A stretch of 64,000 bases of DNA from Candidatus Latescibacterota bacterium (GCA_965206595.1 OZ242214.1:5568001-5632000); one strand, 5' to 3'. Counted from the first letter of the stretch, positions 51,873 through 61,066 are shown. Notes: generated by a model from the sequence alone, not told the origin. Made by a program: numbers and translations.

Positions 51873-52547
51873 TCACCCTCGCCGGGCGCGCCGCGCCGCC
51901 CACTCGCTGGCCAGCAGCGCTCCCAGCGATACGGCGATGGAGATCCACACCAGGCGCATGGCCGGCCCTTCCCCCCCGGGCTGGTTGAGGTAGGTGTAAA
52001 TGGCGGACGGAATCGTCCGCGTCTGCCCGGCGATGTTGGCGGCGAAGGTGATGGTCGCCCCGAACTCCCCGAGGCTGCGGGCGAAGGCGAGCAGGGCGCC
52101 GACCCACAGTCCCGGCGCCGCCAGACGCAGGGTGACGGTGAAGAACACCCGCAACGGCCCGGCGCCGAGGGTGCGGGCGACTCCCTCCAGACGCGGCTCG
52201 ACGTTCTCGATGGCGAGGCGTACGGCGCGCAGCGCCAGCGGGAAGCCGACAACCGCCGAGGCCAGGGCCGCCCCCTTCCAGTCGAACGCCAGGCTCACCC
52301 CGGCGACTTCGAGCAGCGGCCCGAAGAGGCCGCGGCGGCCGAACAGCAGGAGAAGCAGGTACCCGGTCACCACCGGCGGCAGCACCAGGGGCAGGTGGCA
52401 GAGCCCGTCGACGAGCAGCTTGCCGCGGAAGTCGCGGCGCGCCAGCAGCCACCCGAGGGCGGTGGCCGGCGGCAGGGTCAGGGCGACGCAGGCGAGGGCG
52501 ACGCGCAGGGACAGCCCCAGGACCTGCAGTTCCTCCGGCTGGAGCAT
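51873..52547 (-). CDS. modB: Molybdate ABC transporter permease
   Basis: LPLVLPPVVTGY, FARSLGEFGAT. Confidence 0.93.
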   Translation of the reverse strand: MLQPEELQVLGLSLRVALACVALTLPPATALGWLLARRDFRGKLLVDGLCHLPLVLPPVVTGYLLLLLFGRRGLFGPLLEVAGVSLAFDWKGAALASAVVGFPLALRAVRLAIENVEPRLEGVARTLGAGPLRVFFTVTLRLAAPGLWVGALLAFARSLGEFGATITFAANIAGQTRTIPSAIYTYLNQPGGEGPAMRLVWISIAVSLGALLASEWAARRARRG

Positions 52548-52552
52548 CGCCG

Positions 52553-53419
52553 TTACTCCGGGCGGGAGGTGACCCGCCGCGGCCGCGGCAGGACGGTGAA
52601 GCCGTGGTCCCGGAAGATCCGGGCCGCGGCCGGCGACAGCAGGCGGGCCATCGCGGCGCGCACCTGCGGGGAATCCCTGTCTGCGACGACGGCGGCCGGG
52701 TAGAGGATCGGGGCGTGCAGGCTGTCGGGGATCTCCGCGGCGACCTCGATGCGGTCGCTGGCCGCCGCGTCGGTGGCGTAGACGATGCCGGCGGAACAGG
52801 CGCCGCGCTCGACGAAGACCAGGGCCGCGCGCGCGTCGGGGGCCGGTACCAGCCGCGGCTCGAGCCGGGACCACCAGCCGAGCCGGACGAGGGCCTGCTT
52901 CGCGTACATCCCGGCCGGGACGTGGTCGGGGTCGCCGAGGGCCAGGCGGCCGGCGAAGCTGCCGGGGAAATCGAAATTCCCGGCGATCTCGACGTCGAGG
53001 CCGGATCCCGCCGGGGCGACGACGGCCAGGCGGTTGGCGAGCAGATCGACGCGGGTCGCCGTATCGATGCGGCCGCGCTGCTCGAGGAAATCCATCCAGG
53101 AGCTGTTGGCCGACAGGAACAGGTCGGCGGGAGCGCCGGCGTCGATCTGGCGCGCCAGCACGGAGGAAGCGGCGAAGGAGAGGCTGACTTCGGGTGAGCC
53201 CTCGTCCTCGAAGACTTCGCCCGCGGCTGCGGTCAGGCTCGCCGCGGCGAAGACGGTGACCTCGGCGGCGGCAGGGGAGAGGGAAGCCAGGACGGCAGCC
53301 ACCGCGAAGGAACCCCACCGGCCCGGTGCCGGCACCGCCTTTCCGATGCGCACGTCTGTCCCGGACCGGGGTCCGCCTGAACAGCCTGCCGGCTGCGCTC
53401 CCTCCCTCCGGAGTGGCAT
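52553..53419 (-). CDS. modA: Molybdate-binding periplasmic protein (start uncertain)
   Basis: VFAAASL, SSVLARQI..GAPADLFLSA, VPAGMYA, GIVYATDA; AAAGGAG SD before ATG 53419. Confidence 0.9.
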   Translation of the reverse strand: MPLRREGAQPAGCSGGPRSGTDVRIGKAVPAPGRWGSFAVAAVLASLSPAAAEVTVFAAASLTAAAGEVFEDEGSPEVSLSFAASSVLARQIDAGAPADLFLSANSSWMDFLEQRGRIDTATRVDLLANRLAVVAPAGSGLDVEIAGNFDFPGSFAGRLALGDPDHVPAGMYAKQALVRLGWWSRLEPRLVPAPDARAALVFVERGACSAGIVYATDAAASDRIEVAAEIPDSLHAPILYPAAVVADRDSPQVRAAMARLLSPAAARIFRDHGFTVLPRPRRVTSRPE

Positions 53420-53520
53420 ATCAGCTCCTTTGATCCGGTTGTGGGGATGCCGTTGCAACCACCGGCTGGGCCGGGACTGCCTGTTCGACTAGAACAACGG
53501 CCGGTGTGCGTGGTAGAGTT
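53420..53520 (-). promoter_or_regulatory. Structured modA leader, candidate Moco-family riboswitch variant
   Basis: Minus strand ACTCTA...GCATCCC...GGA..AAAGGAG resembles the ends of the Moco motif; internal hairpins present; no covariance model run. Confidence 0.35.
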
Positions 53521-54348
53521 AGATTGAAACACCCGCCCTGACAAGCCGGCCAGCGGTTCGAATGGCTTGCTCCGCAGCGCGCCCGCCGGGGAATCTCCTG
53601 ACATCGGTTCCATCCGCGTTCATACTGTAGATCAGGTTTTCCTGTAGATCAGGTTTTCGCCGTCACGATCTGACGAGAACGCGATTTCACGGCCGTTCGG
53701 ACCCCATGCCGGATTCCAATCCTTGCCTGAATAATCCGTCAGGCGGATTATCTCCCCGCTGACGACATTCACTACACAGATATTCAGGTAACCAAAGCGC
53801 CCGCTCTCGAAGGCGATCCGGGTTCCGTCCGGCGACCACGAAGCATGAGCGTCGAAATCGTCGTGATTGGTCAGGTTACGCAGGCGTCCTTCATGGTCCA
53901 CAAGATAAATCTCCGGATTGCCGTCCCGGTTTGTAGTGAAGGCCAGCGCCTCCCCGTCAGGAGACCAAGCAGGCAGGATTCCGTCAGGTACGATCAGCTT
54001 GGCATGTCCTTCGGGGTCCAGGTTGTAAATCTCAAATGACTCCCCTTGGCTTGCTGCGAAGGTGATCTCGCCGTTGGGATGCCAGGACAAACCTCCTGTA
54101 GCCGTCAGAGGTTGCGGTAGGGGTATGGTCTGCAACAGCTCTCCGGCAGGCGTTATGAGATGGAACAAACTCCCATCGGCAGTATGAAGGACATAGAAGA
54201 TGTACCGGCCATCCGGAGCCCATATCGGGGTAACCGCTCCGGAGTCAGATAACCGGCGAGCCTCACCGTCCTCAGAGCAGTATACGCTGCCGTCCAGATC
54301 GTGTGCACTGACCTGAGTGAGTAGTAGCAGAAGCGTGATGAAGGTCAC
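53519..54348 (-). pseudogene. TolB-like PD40 beta-propeller protein truncated by a 17-bp tandem duplication
   Basis: PAWSPDG, ASWSPDG, PAWGPNG repeats; present stop at 53632; removing one duplicate restores IYSMNADGTDVRR and a stop at 53519. Confidence 0.75.
53625..53658. repeat. 17-bp perfect tandem duplication CTGTAGATCAGGTTTTC x2
   Basis: Copies at 53625-53641 and 53642-53658. Confidence 0.95.
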
Positions 54349-55047
54349 TGTTGCACCGACGCTTTGATGCGTCCCCAGGTGATGGATTCGACGGCCGTGC
54401 TCCGGGCTGGAAGCAGCAGCCCATCGAGGAAGATGTCCGCTATCTGCATGCCCCTACCCGAATCTGCAAGACTTTCAACGTCCAAATCAGCAGGAAACCA
54501 TTCAGCGACTGGACAGGGATCACAAGGATTATGGTCCCGGTCCTGGTCGAAAATAGTGATGTCGAAGCCCACGATCCGGTTTGCAGACAGTTCGCTGAAT
54601 TCGGTTTGATCCATGGCATCCCAGGCACCCCACCAATCATAGGGGGTCACATACATCTCGATCACGCTCACAGTAGGTTGTTCTCCGGCTGCTGCCCCTC
54701 CCGCATCTCCATATGGAGGAGAGACTTTCCAGGAGGTGGGTTTTCCAGTAGAACCGATTTTACCCTCCCTAATATGGTTTTCCAGAGTAGGGCCACGTAT
54801 TGTTTCAGCTATAACGGAATAGCTCTGCGTTCTTCCTCCAATACTTATGAGTATGGGGTCATCGATATTTTTTACTCCTTGGCGTAGTCCCTCTCCTCCA
54901 CTATGATCGCCATCAATAGAGAATTGGACGCTGTCGAACACATGCATATATGGGTCCCAACCCTCTCCCCTACGTGCCAATATAGAGTGAGACATTTTCG
55001 CATCGGAGTTTAGAGTAGTCAGGAGGGCGGAAAGGAGAGCATTGCGG

Positions 55048-55500
55048 ATGGCTTCCCGTACTGGAAAGGCGGAGCGAGTTTCGTTGCCTGTGGAAGAGTC
55101 CACCCCCGAGGTTCCTCGTCTCGATCCGGAAGTGCCAGACAGAGCCAAGCGTCGGTATTTCAGTGCCCAGTATAAGCTGCGGGTACTGGAAGAAGCCGAT
55201 GTCTGCCGGGCTCCCGGGGAGGTCGGTGCCTTACTGCGCCGCGAGGGCCTGTACTCCTCGCAGCTGACCGCCTGGCGGCGGGCGCGGCGGGAAGGCTCGT
55301 TGCAGGCGTTGGCCACGCCGCGGGGTCCCCAAGGCCGTCGTCGGGACCCGGTGGCCAGCGACAACGAGCGCTTGCGCATGGAGAACGCCCGTCTGCGGCG
55401 GCGTCTGGAGCAGGCCCAAGTGATTCTCGAGATCCAAAAAAAAGCCTCCGAGATCCTGGGGATCCCCCTGAACCGGCCCGCCAACGGCGACGACGCATGA
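55048..55500 (+). CDS. IS3-family transposase OrfA (HTH)
   Basis: RRYFSAQYKLRVL..LLRREGLYSSQLTAWR, coiled coil, EIQKK with A8G slippery run at 55436-55444. Confidence 0.9.
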   Translation: MASRTGKAERVSLPVEESTPEVPRLDPEVPDRAKRRYFSAQYKLRVLEEADVCRAPGEVGALLRREGLYSSQLTAWRRARREGSLQALATPRGPQGRRRDPVASDNERLRMENARLRRRLEQAQVILEIQKKASEILGIPLNRPANGDDA

Positions 55501-56511
55501 GCGCGGCGGTCGAACAGTTGGCGACCACGGTCGGGGTGGCCCCGGCTTGCCGCGCCCTGGGGGTGGCCCGCGCTTCGGTCTATCGCCACCGCACCCCCCC
55601 GCTGCCGCGCCGGGACGCGGCGCCTTTGCCGTTCGCCTCGTGCCCTGGCCCCGGAAGAGCGCGCCCACGTACTGGCTACCCTGCACGAAGACCGTTTCGT
55701 CGACCAGGCCCCGGCCGCCGTATACGCGAATCTGCTGGAGGAAGGACGCTACCTGTGTTCCCAACGCACGATGTATCGTCTGCTGCACGGCGCCGGCGAG
55801 GTGCGGGAACGCCGCCGCCAGCGCCGCCACCCTCGGGCCGAGCCGCCGCGGCTGGTGGCCAGGGCCCCCAACCAGGTCTGGACATGGGACATTACCCGTC
55901 TGGCGGGCCCGCGTACAGGGGGGACGTATCCGCTTTACGTGGTGCTCGACCTGTTTTCGCGTTACGTCGTCGCCTGGATGGTGGCCACCCGGGAAAGCGC
56001 CGGCAGCGCACGGCGCCTGATCCGGACCGCCTGCCGCAAGCAAGCCATCGAGCCGGGGCAGCTGACCCTGCACCAGGACCGGGGCGCCCCGATGACGGCC
56101 AAGACCTTTTCGCAGCTGCTGGTCGATCTCGAGATCCTGGCCAGCTACAGCCGCCCGCGAACCGCCGACGACAACCCCTATTCGGAGAGCCAGTTCAAAA
56201 CCGTCAAATACGCGCCCACCTACCCGGGCCGCTTTGCCGACCCGGAGCAGGCGCGGGCGTATTTTCGCTCGTTCTTTCTCTGGTACAACACCCGCCATCG
56301 CCATAGCGGATTGGGCCTGCTGACCCCGGAGGCGGTACATCACGGGCGCGCCGAGGAGCTCCAGGCAGCGCGCCAATCCATCCTCGATGACGCCCATGCA
56401 CGACATCCCGAGCGCTTCGTAAAGGGGCCGCCCCAAGCACCGAAAATACCAGCCGAGGTGTGGATCAACCCACCCCCGACCATCATCGAATGCGCACGAA
56501 CAGGACAGTAA
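55497..56511 (+). pseudogene. IS3-family transposase OrfB (rve DDE integrase), frameshifted near 55600
   Basis: N-terminus MSAAVEQLA..ACRALGV in the 55497 frame; RALAPEER...WTWDIT...LDLFSRY...HQDRG...DNPYSES in the 55771 frame; C7 run at 55594-55600. Confidence 0.8.
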
Positions 56512-56891
56512 ACTTTCACGCGAAGTGTCTCATTTCCATTGACACGTTCCGCTCCATGGTAGTTGTGTGTGTTATAGTATTTATCATCTACGACAACAAA
56601 GGCTGCGAAAATCCGATTCGATTCATCATGCCAGGCTAGCCAGATACGTACGTCCAGATTGGATGGATGGGGCGAATCGAATTGAAAGCTTCTGAAATCC
56701 AGGATGGTCATACAGGGTTCGCCTATCTCGTACCATTCTTCGATCAGTCCATCGTGAATGTCGATCTTTTGCAGCATTTCATCGGTAATCTCATAGAAGG
56801 GAAATACCCTGCTCCCGCTGTGCGCTGAGGCTGCTGCGGAGGATATGATCAGAACGATCAGACAGATGGTCATGAATTACCTGTACCTTTC

Positions 56892-56932
56892 AAAAAACAG
56901 GCGGACAAGGCTCTAAGAGCCTTGTCCGCCTG
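56892..56932 (-). terminator. Rho-independent terminator
   Basis: Perfect 16-bp stem CAGGCGGACAAGGCTC / GAGCCTTGTCCGCCTG, 3-nt loop, U6 tail on the minus strand. Confidence 0.85.
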
Positions 56933-56949
56933 AAAGTGAGGCCGATTTC

Positions 56950-57213
56950 TCAGTCCTCGCAACGGTCACCCTGATCGCAGCATTCGCATGTTCCTTGCAT
57001 TGGGGTAGTCCATTGGGAGTGATTATGCCCCTTGAGGATGCAACTGTACTCACACACGCCCTCTGAAGCACTAGGGTAATGTTCGTGCCCCCAGTTGAAA
57101 CACGAATTCGGATTGCCGCCAGGGCTGTGAGCGTCCACAAACGACGTGCCAGCCAGAAGGACCCCACCAGCCAGCATGAGAACGGCTACGATTTGCTTCG
57201 TAAAGCGTGGCAT
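56950..57213 (-). CDS. Small secreted Cys/His-rich peptide (defensin-like CxxxC...CxC)
   Basis: 87 aa; GGGAG SD; signal peptide MPRFTKQIVAVLMLAGGVLLAGTSFVDA; 7 Cys; followed by a terminator. Confidence 0.7.
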   Translation of the reverse strand: MPRFTKQIVAVLMLAGGVLLAGTSFVDAHSPGGNPNSCFNWGHEHYPSASEGVCEYSCILKGHNHSQWTTPMQGTCECCDQGDRCED

Positions 57214-57489
57214 TCCAATCTCCCTTCCGCCCCGGTCGGTTCGGAAAGGCTGGTACGACCCACCGGGAAAGGTCATACCGGCCATGACACTCCATCACAG
57301 CAGACTCCAAAAAAAAAAGCAACGGAGAAAGTCAATAGGGGACATTCTGTTCAGAGTCTAGGAACAGCCAACCGTCTGCGCGGCCGAACCGTTCCGTTGC
57401 GGGGAGCCTGGCATCGCCGCCGGATCTCCTCCAACCTCTGCAGAGCGGCCAGATACCCGGCTCCCTGCCCTTCGTTTACAAAGGGGCTT

Positions 57490-58368
57490 TCACCACGGGC
57501 TGTCTCCTCTGGTGCGGCGCACCACGTAGAGGTTGCTCGCCAGGATGACCGCCGCTCCTGCCAGGGTCCAGGCGTCGGGGAAGTCGCCGAAACCGATGAA
57601 GCCGACGACGACCGCCCACAGGAAAAGGGAGTAGCCGAACGGCTGCAGGGCCGAGGCCTCGGCGTAACGCAATGCCTTGATCATCGAGAAATGGGCGGTT
57701 GCGCTGAGCGCGGCCACCAGCGCCAGCAGGCCCCAGTCCCCGGGAGCCGGCGGCAGCCAGTAGAAAGGGCCCGGCAGACTGAGGACGACCGCCCCGGCGA
57801 TCCCGGCGTACAGCAGCGACGTCTCCGGCCGGTCGGTGCGGCCGGCGAGGCGGGTGAGCATCTGGTAGACCGCCCACAGCAGGGCCGCCAGCAGCGGGAT
57901 GGCGGCCTCGGCACTCATGGTCGCGGTTCCGGGACGGAGGATCAGCAGCACCCCGGTGAATCCGGCGGCGACCGCAAGGAGCCGGTACAGGGAGACGTGT
58001 TCGCGCAGGAGCGGGGCCGACAGCAGGGTTACGATCAGGGGGGAGACTGCGGCCAGGGCGTGCACGTCGGCCAAGGGCAGGTGGATGAAGGCGATCACGA
58101 ACGTGGCCTGCTCGGCGACGAGAACGAGGGAGCGCGCCACCTGAATGCCGGTCTGCCGGGAGGCTAGCGCCCTGCGGATCCCCATCCCCCGGGAGGCCAG
58201 GGCGGCGACGGCGACGAGCAGCAGGTAGCGGACCCAGAGGATCTGCACGAAGGAGTAGGTCTTCGCCAGGTGCTTGTTGAGCCCGTCCATGACGGCGAAG
58301 AGCAGCATCGCCAGCAGCACGAGGGCGATCCCCCGCAGCGCCATCCTGGGTTCGGTCTCCGGCGTCAC
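57490..58368 (-). CDS. DMT/EamA family transporter
   Basis: About 10 TM helices; PLLREHV, ILRPG, ASALQPFGY, FGDFPD. Confidence 0.9.
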   Translation of the reverse strand: MTPETEPRMALRGIALVLLAMLLFAVMDGLNKHLAKTYSFVQILWVRYLLLVAVAALASRGMGIRRALASRQTGIQVARSLVLVAEQATFVIAFIHLPLADVHALAAVSPLIVTLLSAPLLREHVSLYRLLAVAAGFTGVLLILRPGTATMSAEAAIPLLAALLWAVYQMLTRLAGRTDRPETSLLYAGIAGAVVLSLPGPFYWLPPAPGDWGLLALVAALSATAHFSMIKALRYAEASALQPFGYSLFLWAVVVGFIGFGDFPDAWTLAGAAVILASNLYVVRRTRGDSPW

Positions 58369-58499
58369 GGTTGTTTACCGCTCCTCAGGCAGGTCCGGCA
58401 GCGCCAACGCAATCCATCGTAGGGTTGCCGCCGCGGCTCCTTCCGTCCTGCTGCGAACGGGGGACGCAGCGTGGTGCCCGGTGTGTGGGCGACCGTGGG

Positions 58500-59038
58500 T
58501 CACCGCATCTTCCCGCCCGGCGCGGGGTCACTGCCGGCCGCGGTCGGATAGAAGGGCAGGAAGTCGGTGTTCGGTGTGATTCCGGTGACGTCGTCACCGC
58601 GCCACTCGATCCGGTATTCGACGCCGTCGGTCGTTTCGCTGATGGTTCTGGCGGGCAGGTCGTATTCCATTTGAATCGCCGCTCCCGCCTTCGCTTCGCC
58701 GGCGAAGCGAAGCACCCGGTTCTGTCGAATCGGGCCGGCTGCCCTCCGGCCTTCACGGCGACGGAACCTGCCGGCGCCCACCCGGGCACGCGGATGAACA
58801 GCGGGGCCGCTTCCTTGAGAAGGACCTCGAGGCACCCCTTTTCCCGGCGCCGGGTGGTCACGCGGACCCTCTCGTCTTCGTAGTCGAGGTGGAAGTTGAT
58901 CCTCGTGCCCGCCGCGGTTTGCTCGGCGACGTGGCGATAGACGTCGCACAGGGTGTGCAGGCAGGCGGCGGTGATGTCGGTGGTCGGCAGAGTCCCGCCG
59001 TGCGGGTGGCGATGCATGCTCCCGAAAGCACCGAGCAC
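58500..59038 (-). pseudogene. C-terminal fragment of a larger (glycoside hydrolase-like) protein, frameshifted
   Basis: LFIRVPGWA in one frame and YDLP...YRIEWRGDDVTGI..PFYP in another; no N-terminal domain. Confidence 0.55.
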
Positions 59039-59085
59039 TCTTTCCTCGCGCCGCCTGCGCGCTGTCGAAGGGAAATTCCGAAAGC

Positions 59086-61017
59086 TCAGTAGGCGACGGA
59101 GAGGGTGCCGCTGCTGCTCTCGCGCTGGGACTGCAGCTCGATCCTCAGCCGGTACAGGTAAACCCCGGGCGGGACCAGCCTGCCGGAGTCGTCGGTGCCG
59201 TCCCAGTCGTGGGAGTACTCGCCGAGGGGATCCTCTCCGCTGTACAGATTCCTCACCAGCCTGGCCGACAGGTCGAAGATCGCGATGGAGACCGGCGCCG
59301 CGGAGGTCAGCCGCAGGACCTTGTACGAGATCGTCGCCAGATCGTTGACGCCGTCCCCGTTCGGGGTAAACGGGTCGGGCTCGGCCCGGGCCGAGAACAG
59401 CAACGAGCTGCTCAGAGACGTGGTCACCGACAGGCGCTCGCTCTCTACCTCGACGGCGGCATTGCCGGGGATGAGCCGCTGGCGCACCTCGAGCGGCCGC
59501 GTGGTGTCGAACACCCTGCCGTCGAACAGGGTCCCCACTTCCCTGAGCACCGGGGCGCTGAACACGACCTCGACCAGGGCGCCGCTGTCCGACGCCTCCA
59601 GCTTGCGCGGCAGCAGCACTTCGAACCCGAGCCCGTCGCCGCGGATGCGCCTTTCGAAAATCTCCTGACCGACACCGGCGATGCGCAGCGAGTCGACCGA
59701 CACGATCCCGGAAGGGGTCGAGATCTCCACGCCGTCGAAGCTGCCGTCCCCGGGGCGGATGGTCGGGCGGATGTAATAGGTGAATTGCGTCGGCTCGCCG
59801 ATCCTCGTCTCGGTCGGATGGATCTCGGCCACCAGCCCGCGCACCGCGGGAGGGACCGAGGCTTTGAACTCCAGGTAGTCGAGCTTGCCGCCGTCATCGG
59901 TGGTCGAGAAGAAATCCGTCCGTATCTGGAAGAACCGCCGCGGCCCCGGAGAGACGACGGAGACCTCCGGTGTCTCGAAGGGGTAGGGGCTCGACCAGAA
60001 GCTCCAGTTTTCGGCGTCGAGGCTCACCTGATCGGCGGGGTTTACCGGTTTGAGAACGTCGGACAGCCTTTCGTACTGCCTCTTGTATTCAATCAGGTCG
60101 AGGCTGCCGCCGCCGCCGCGAAAGCGGATGCTGTCCTGCTGCTCGGGGCGGGCTTCCCAGAAGATCACCGGGTGCGGGTCGGAGCCGGAGCGGGTGCGGA
60201 TGTCGACGCGGGCGAGCGGGTCCTGGCGGCCCGACCAGCGGATCTTCCCCCAGCTGGCGATATCCTCCATTTCGATCACCCCGGACTCGTACGCGGCCCT
60301 GGCGACGAAGCCGCCGCCGTAGAGCTCGAAGTCGGCGAGACCGACCTCCTTGGTCGTCTGCCGGAAAATCCGCAGCTGGATCGCCCGGGTGGTCACCGGC
60401 GGGTCGAGAAGCACCGAGACTTCCGGTTCGGTGTTCTCCTTCACCTCGGCTACGATCTCCCTGAAGTGGAGGATGCGGTTCGAATCGAAGCCCTCGGCGA
60501 TGCCGATGGTGAAGCGCTCGAGGAAGTGCTCCGGGTGGTCGGCCAGGGTGCGGAATCTCACCTCCCGTATCAGGAACCGCCCCCCGACGTCGAAGGTGAC
60601 GCGCTCCCAGATTTCGCGGTTGAAGCTCTCGGCGGCAAGCACCGGGTAGACGTGGGCGGTGGTCCGGTCCTGGTCGATCAGCAGCTCGCCGTCGAGGTTG
60701 TTGCAGGCATGGGAGTAGCTGGTGTTGATGACGCACGCTTTCCCCCCCCTGCTCAACAGGGTGGAGGCGATATCGTCGTCGGCGGCGAAGAAATGCGGCT
60801 GCACCGACTCGGACTGCAGCGAATCGAGGTGGAGGGCCTCCTGCAGCTGGGAGGGGGACCAGCCGATCTCGGTGAAATCGACGCCGAGGCTCGACAGGCT
60901 GTCCTTTTCGGCCGCAGTGAAGGGGGCACCGATCCGGTAAACGATCACGCAGAAGCCGTCTCTCGGGTACGGTGCGAGGACCAGGAAAGCGAGCGCAATC
61001 AGTCTACGCAGCGGCAT
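59086..61017 (-). CDS. Large secreted protein with C-terminal FlgD Ig-like domain
   Basis: Signal peptide; FTPNGDGVND, IFDLSARLVR, WDGTDDSGRLVPPGVYLY. Confidence 0.85.
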   Translation of the reverse strand: MPLRRLIALAFLVLAPYPRDGFCVIVYRIGAPFTAAEKDSLSSLGVDFTEIGWSPSQLQEALHLDSLQSESVQPHFFAADDDIASTLLSRGGKACVINTSYSHACNNLDGELLIDQDRTTAHVYPVLAAESFNREIWERVTFDVGGRFLIREVRFRTLADHPEHFLERFTIGIAEGFDSNRILHFREIVAEVKENTEPEVSVLLDPPVTTRAIQLRIFRQTTKEVGLADFELYGGGFVARAAYESGVIEMEDIASWGKIRWSGRQDPLARVDIRTRSGSDPHPVIFWEARPEQQDSIRFRGGGGSLDLIEYKRQYERLSDVLKPVNPADQVSLDAENWSFWSSPYPFETPEVSVVSPGPRRFFQIRTDFFSTTDDGGKLDYLEFKASVPPAVRGLVAEIHPTETRIGEPTQFTYYIRPTIRPGDGSFDGVEISTPSGIVSVDSLRIAGVGQEIFERRIRGDGLGFEVLLPRKLEASDSGALVEVVFSAPVLREVGTLFDGRVFDTTRPLEVRQRLIPGNAAVEVESERLSVTTSLSSSLLFSARAEPDPFTPNGDGVNDLATISYKVLRLTSAAPVSIAIFDLSARLVRNLYSGEDPLGEYSHDWDGTDDSGRLVPPGVYLYRLRIELQSQRESSSGTLSVAY

Positions 61018-61066
61018 GGCGGGCCTCCTTTTGCACGCCGGACTGGCGAAGCCGGTTTTTCTCAGC

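Larger units (their letters stand above)
54968..56551 (+). mobile_element. IS3-family insertion sequence, ~1.58 kb, 3-4 bp target duplication CTC(C)
   Basis: Imperfect IRs CCCTACGTGCCAATATAGAGTGAGACA / CGGAACGTGTCAATGGAAATGAGACA; CTC at 54965-54967 and 56552-56554; orfA/orfB inside. Confidence 0.9.
54345..56873 (-). pseudogene. Secreted protein (CBM9/DOMON-like, C-terminal STAVESITWGRIKAS) interrupted by IS
   Basis: Joining 56552-56873 to 54345-54964 gives an intact 313-aa ORF reading YYNTHNYHGEGWDPYMHVFDS. Confidence 0.85.

Noticed and set aside
53551-53567. GGTTCGAAT as a tRNA T-loop or att site at the islet edge
   Set aside because: The flanks do not form a T-stem and no acceptor stem or CCA is present.
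54345-55589. 414-aa ORF as an intact gene
   Set aside because: It is a chimera of antisense IS sequence and the C-terminal half of the interrupted gene.
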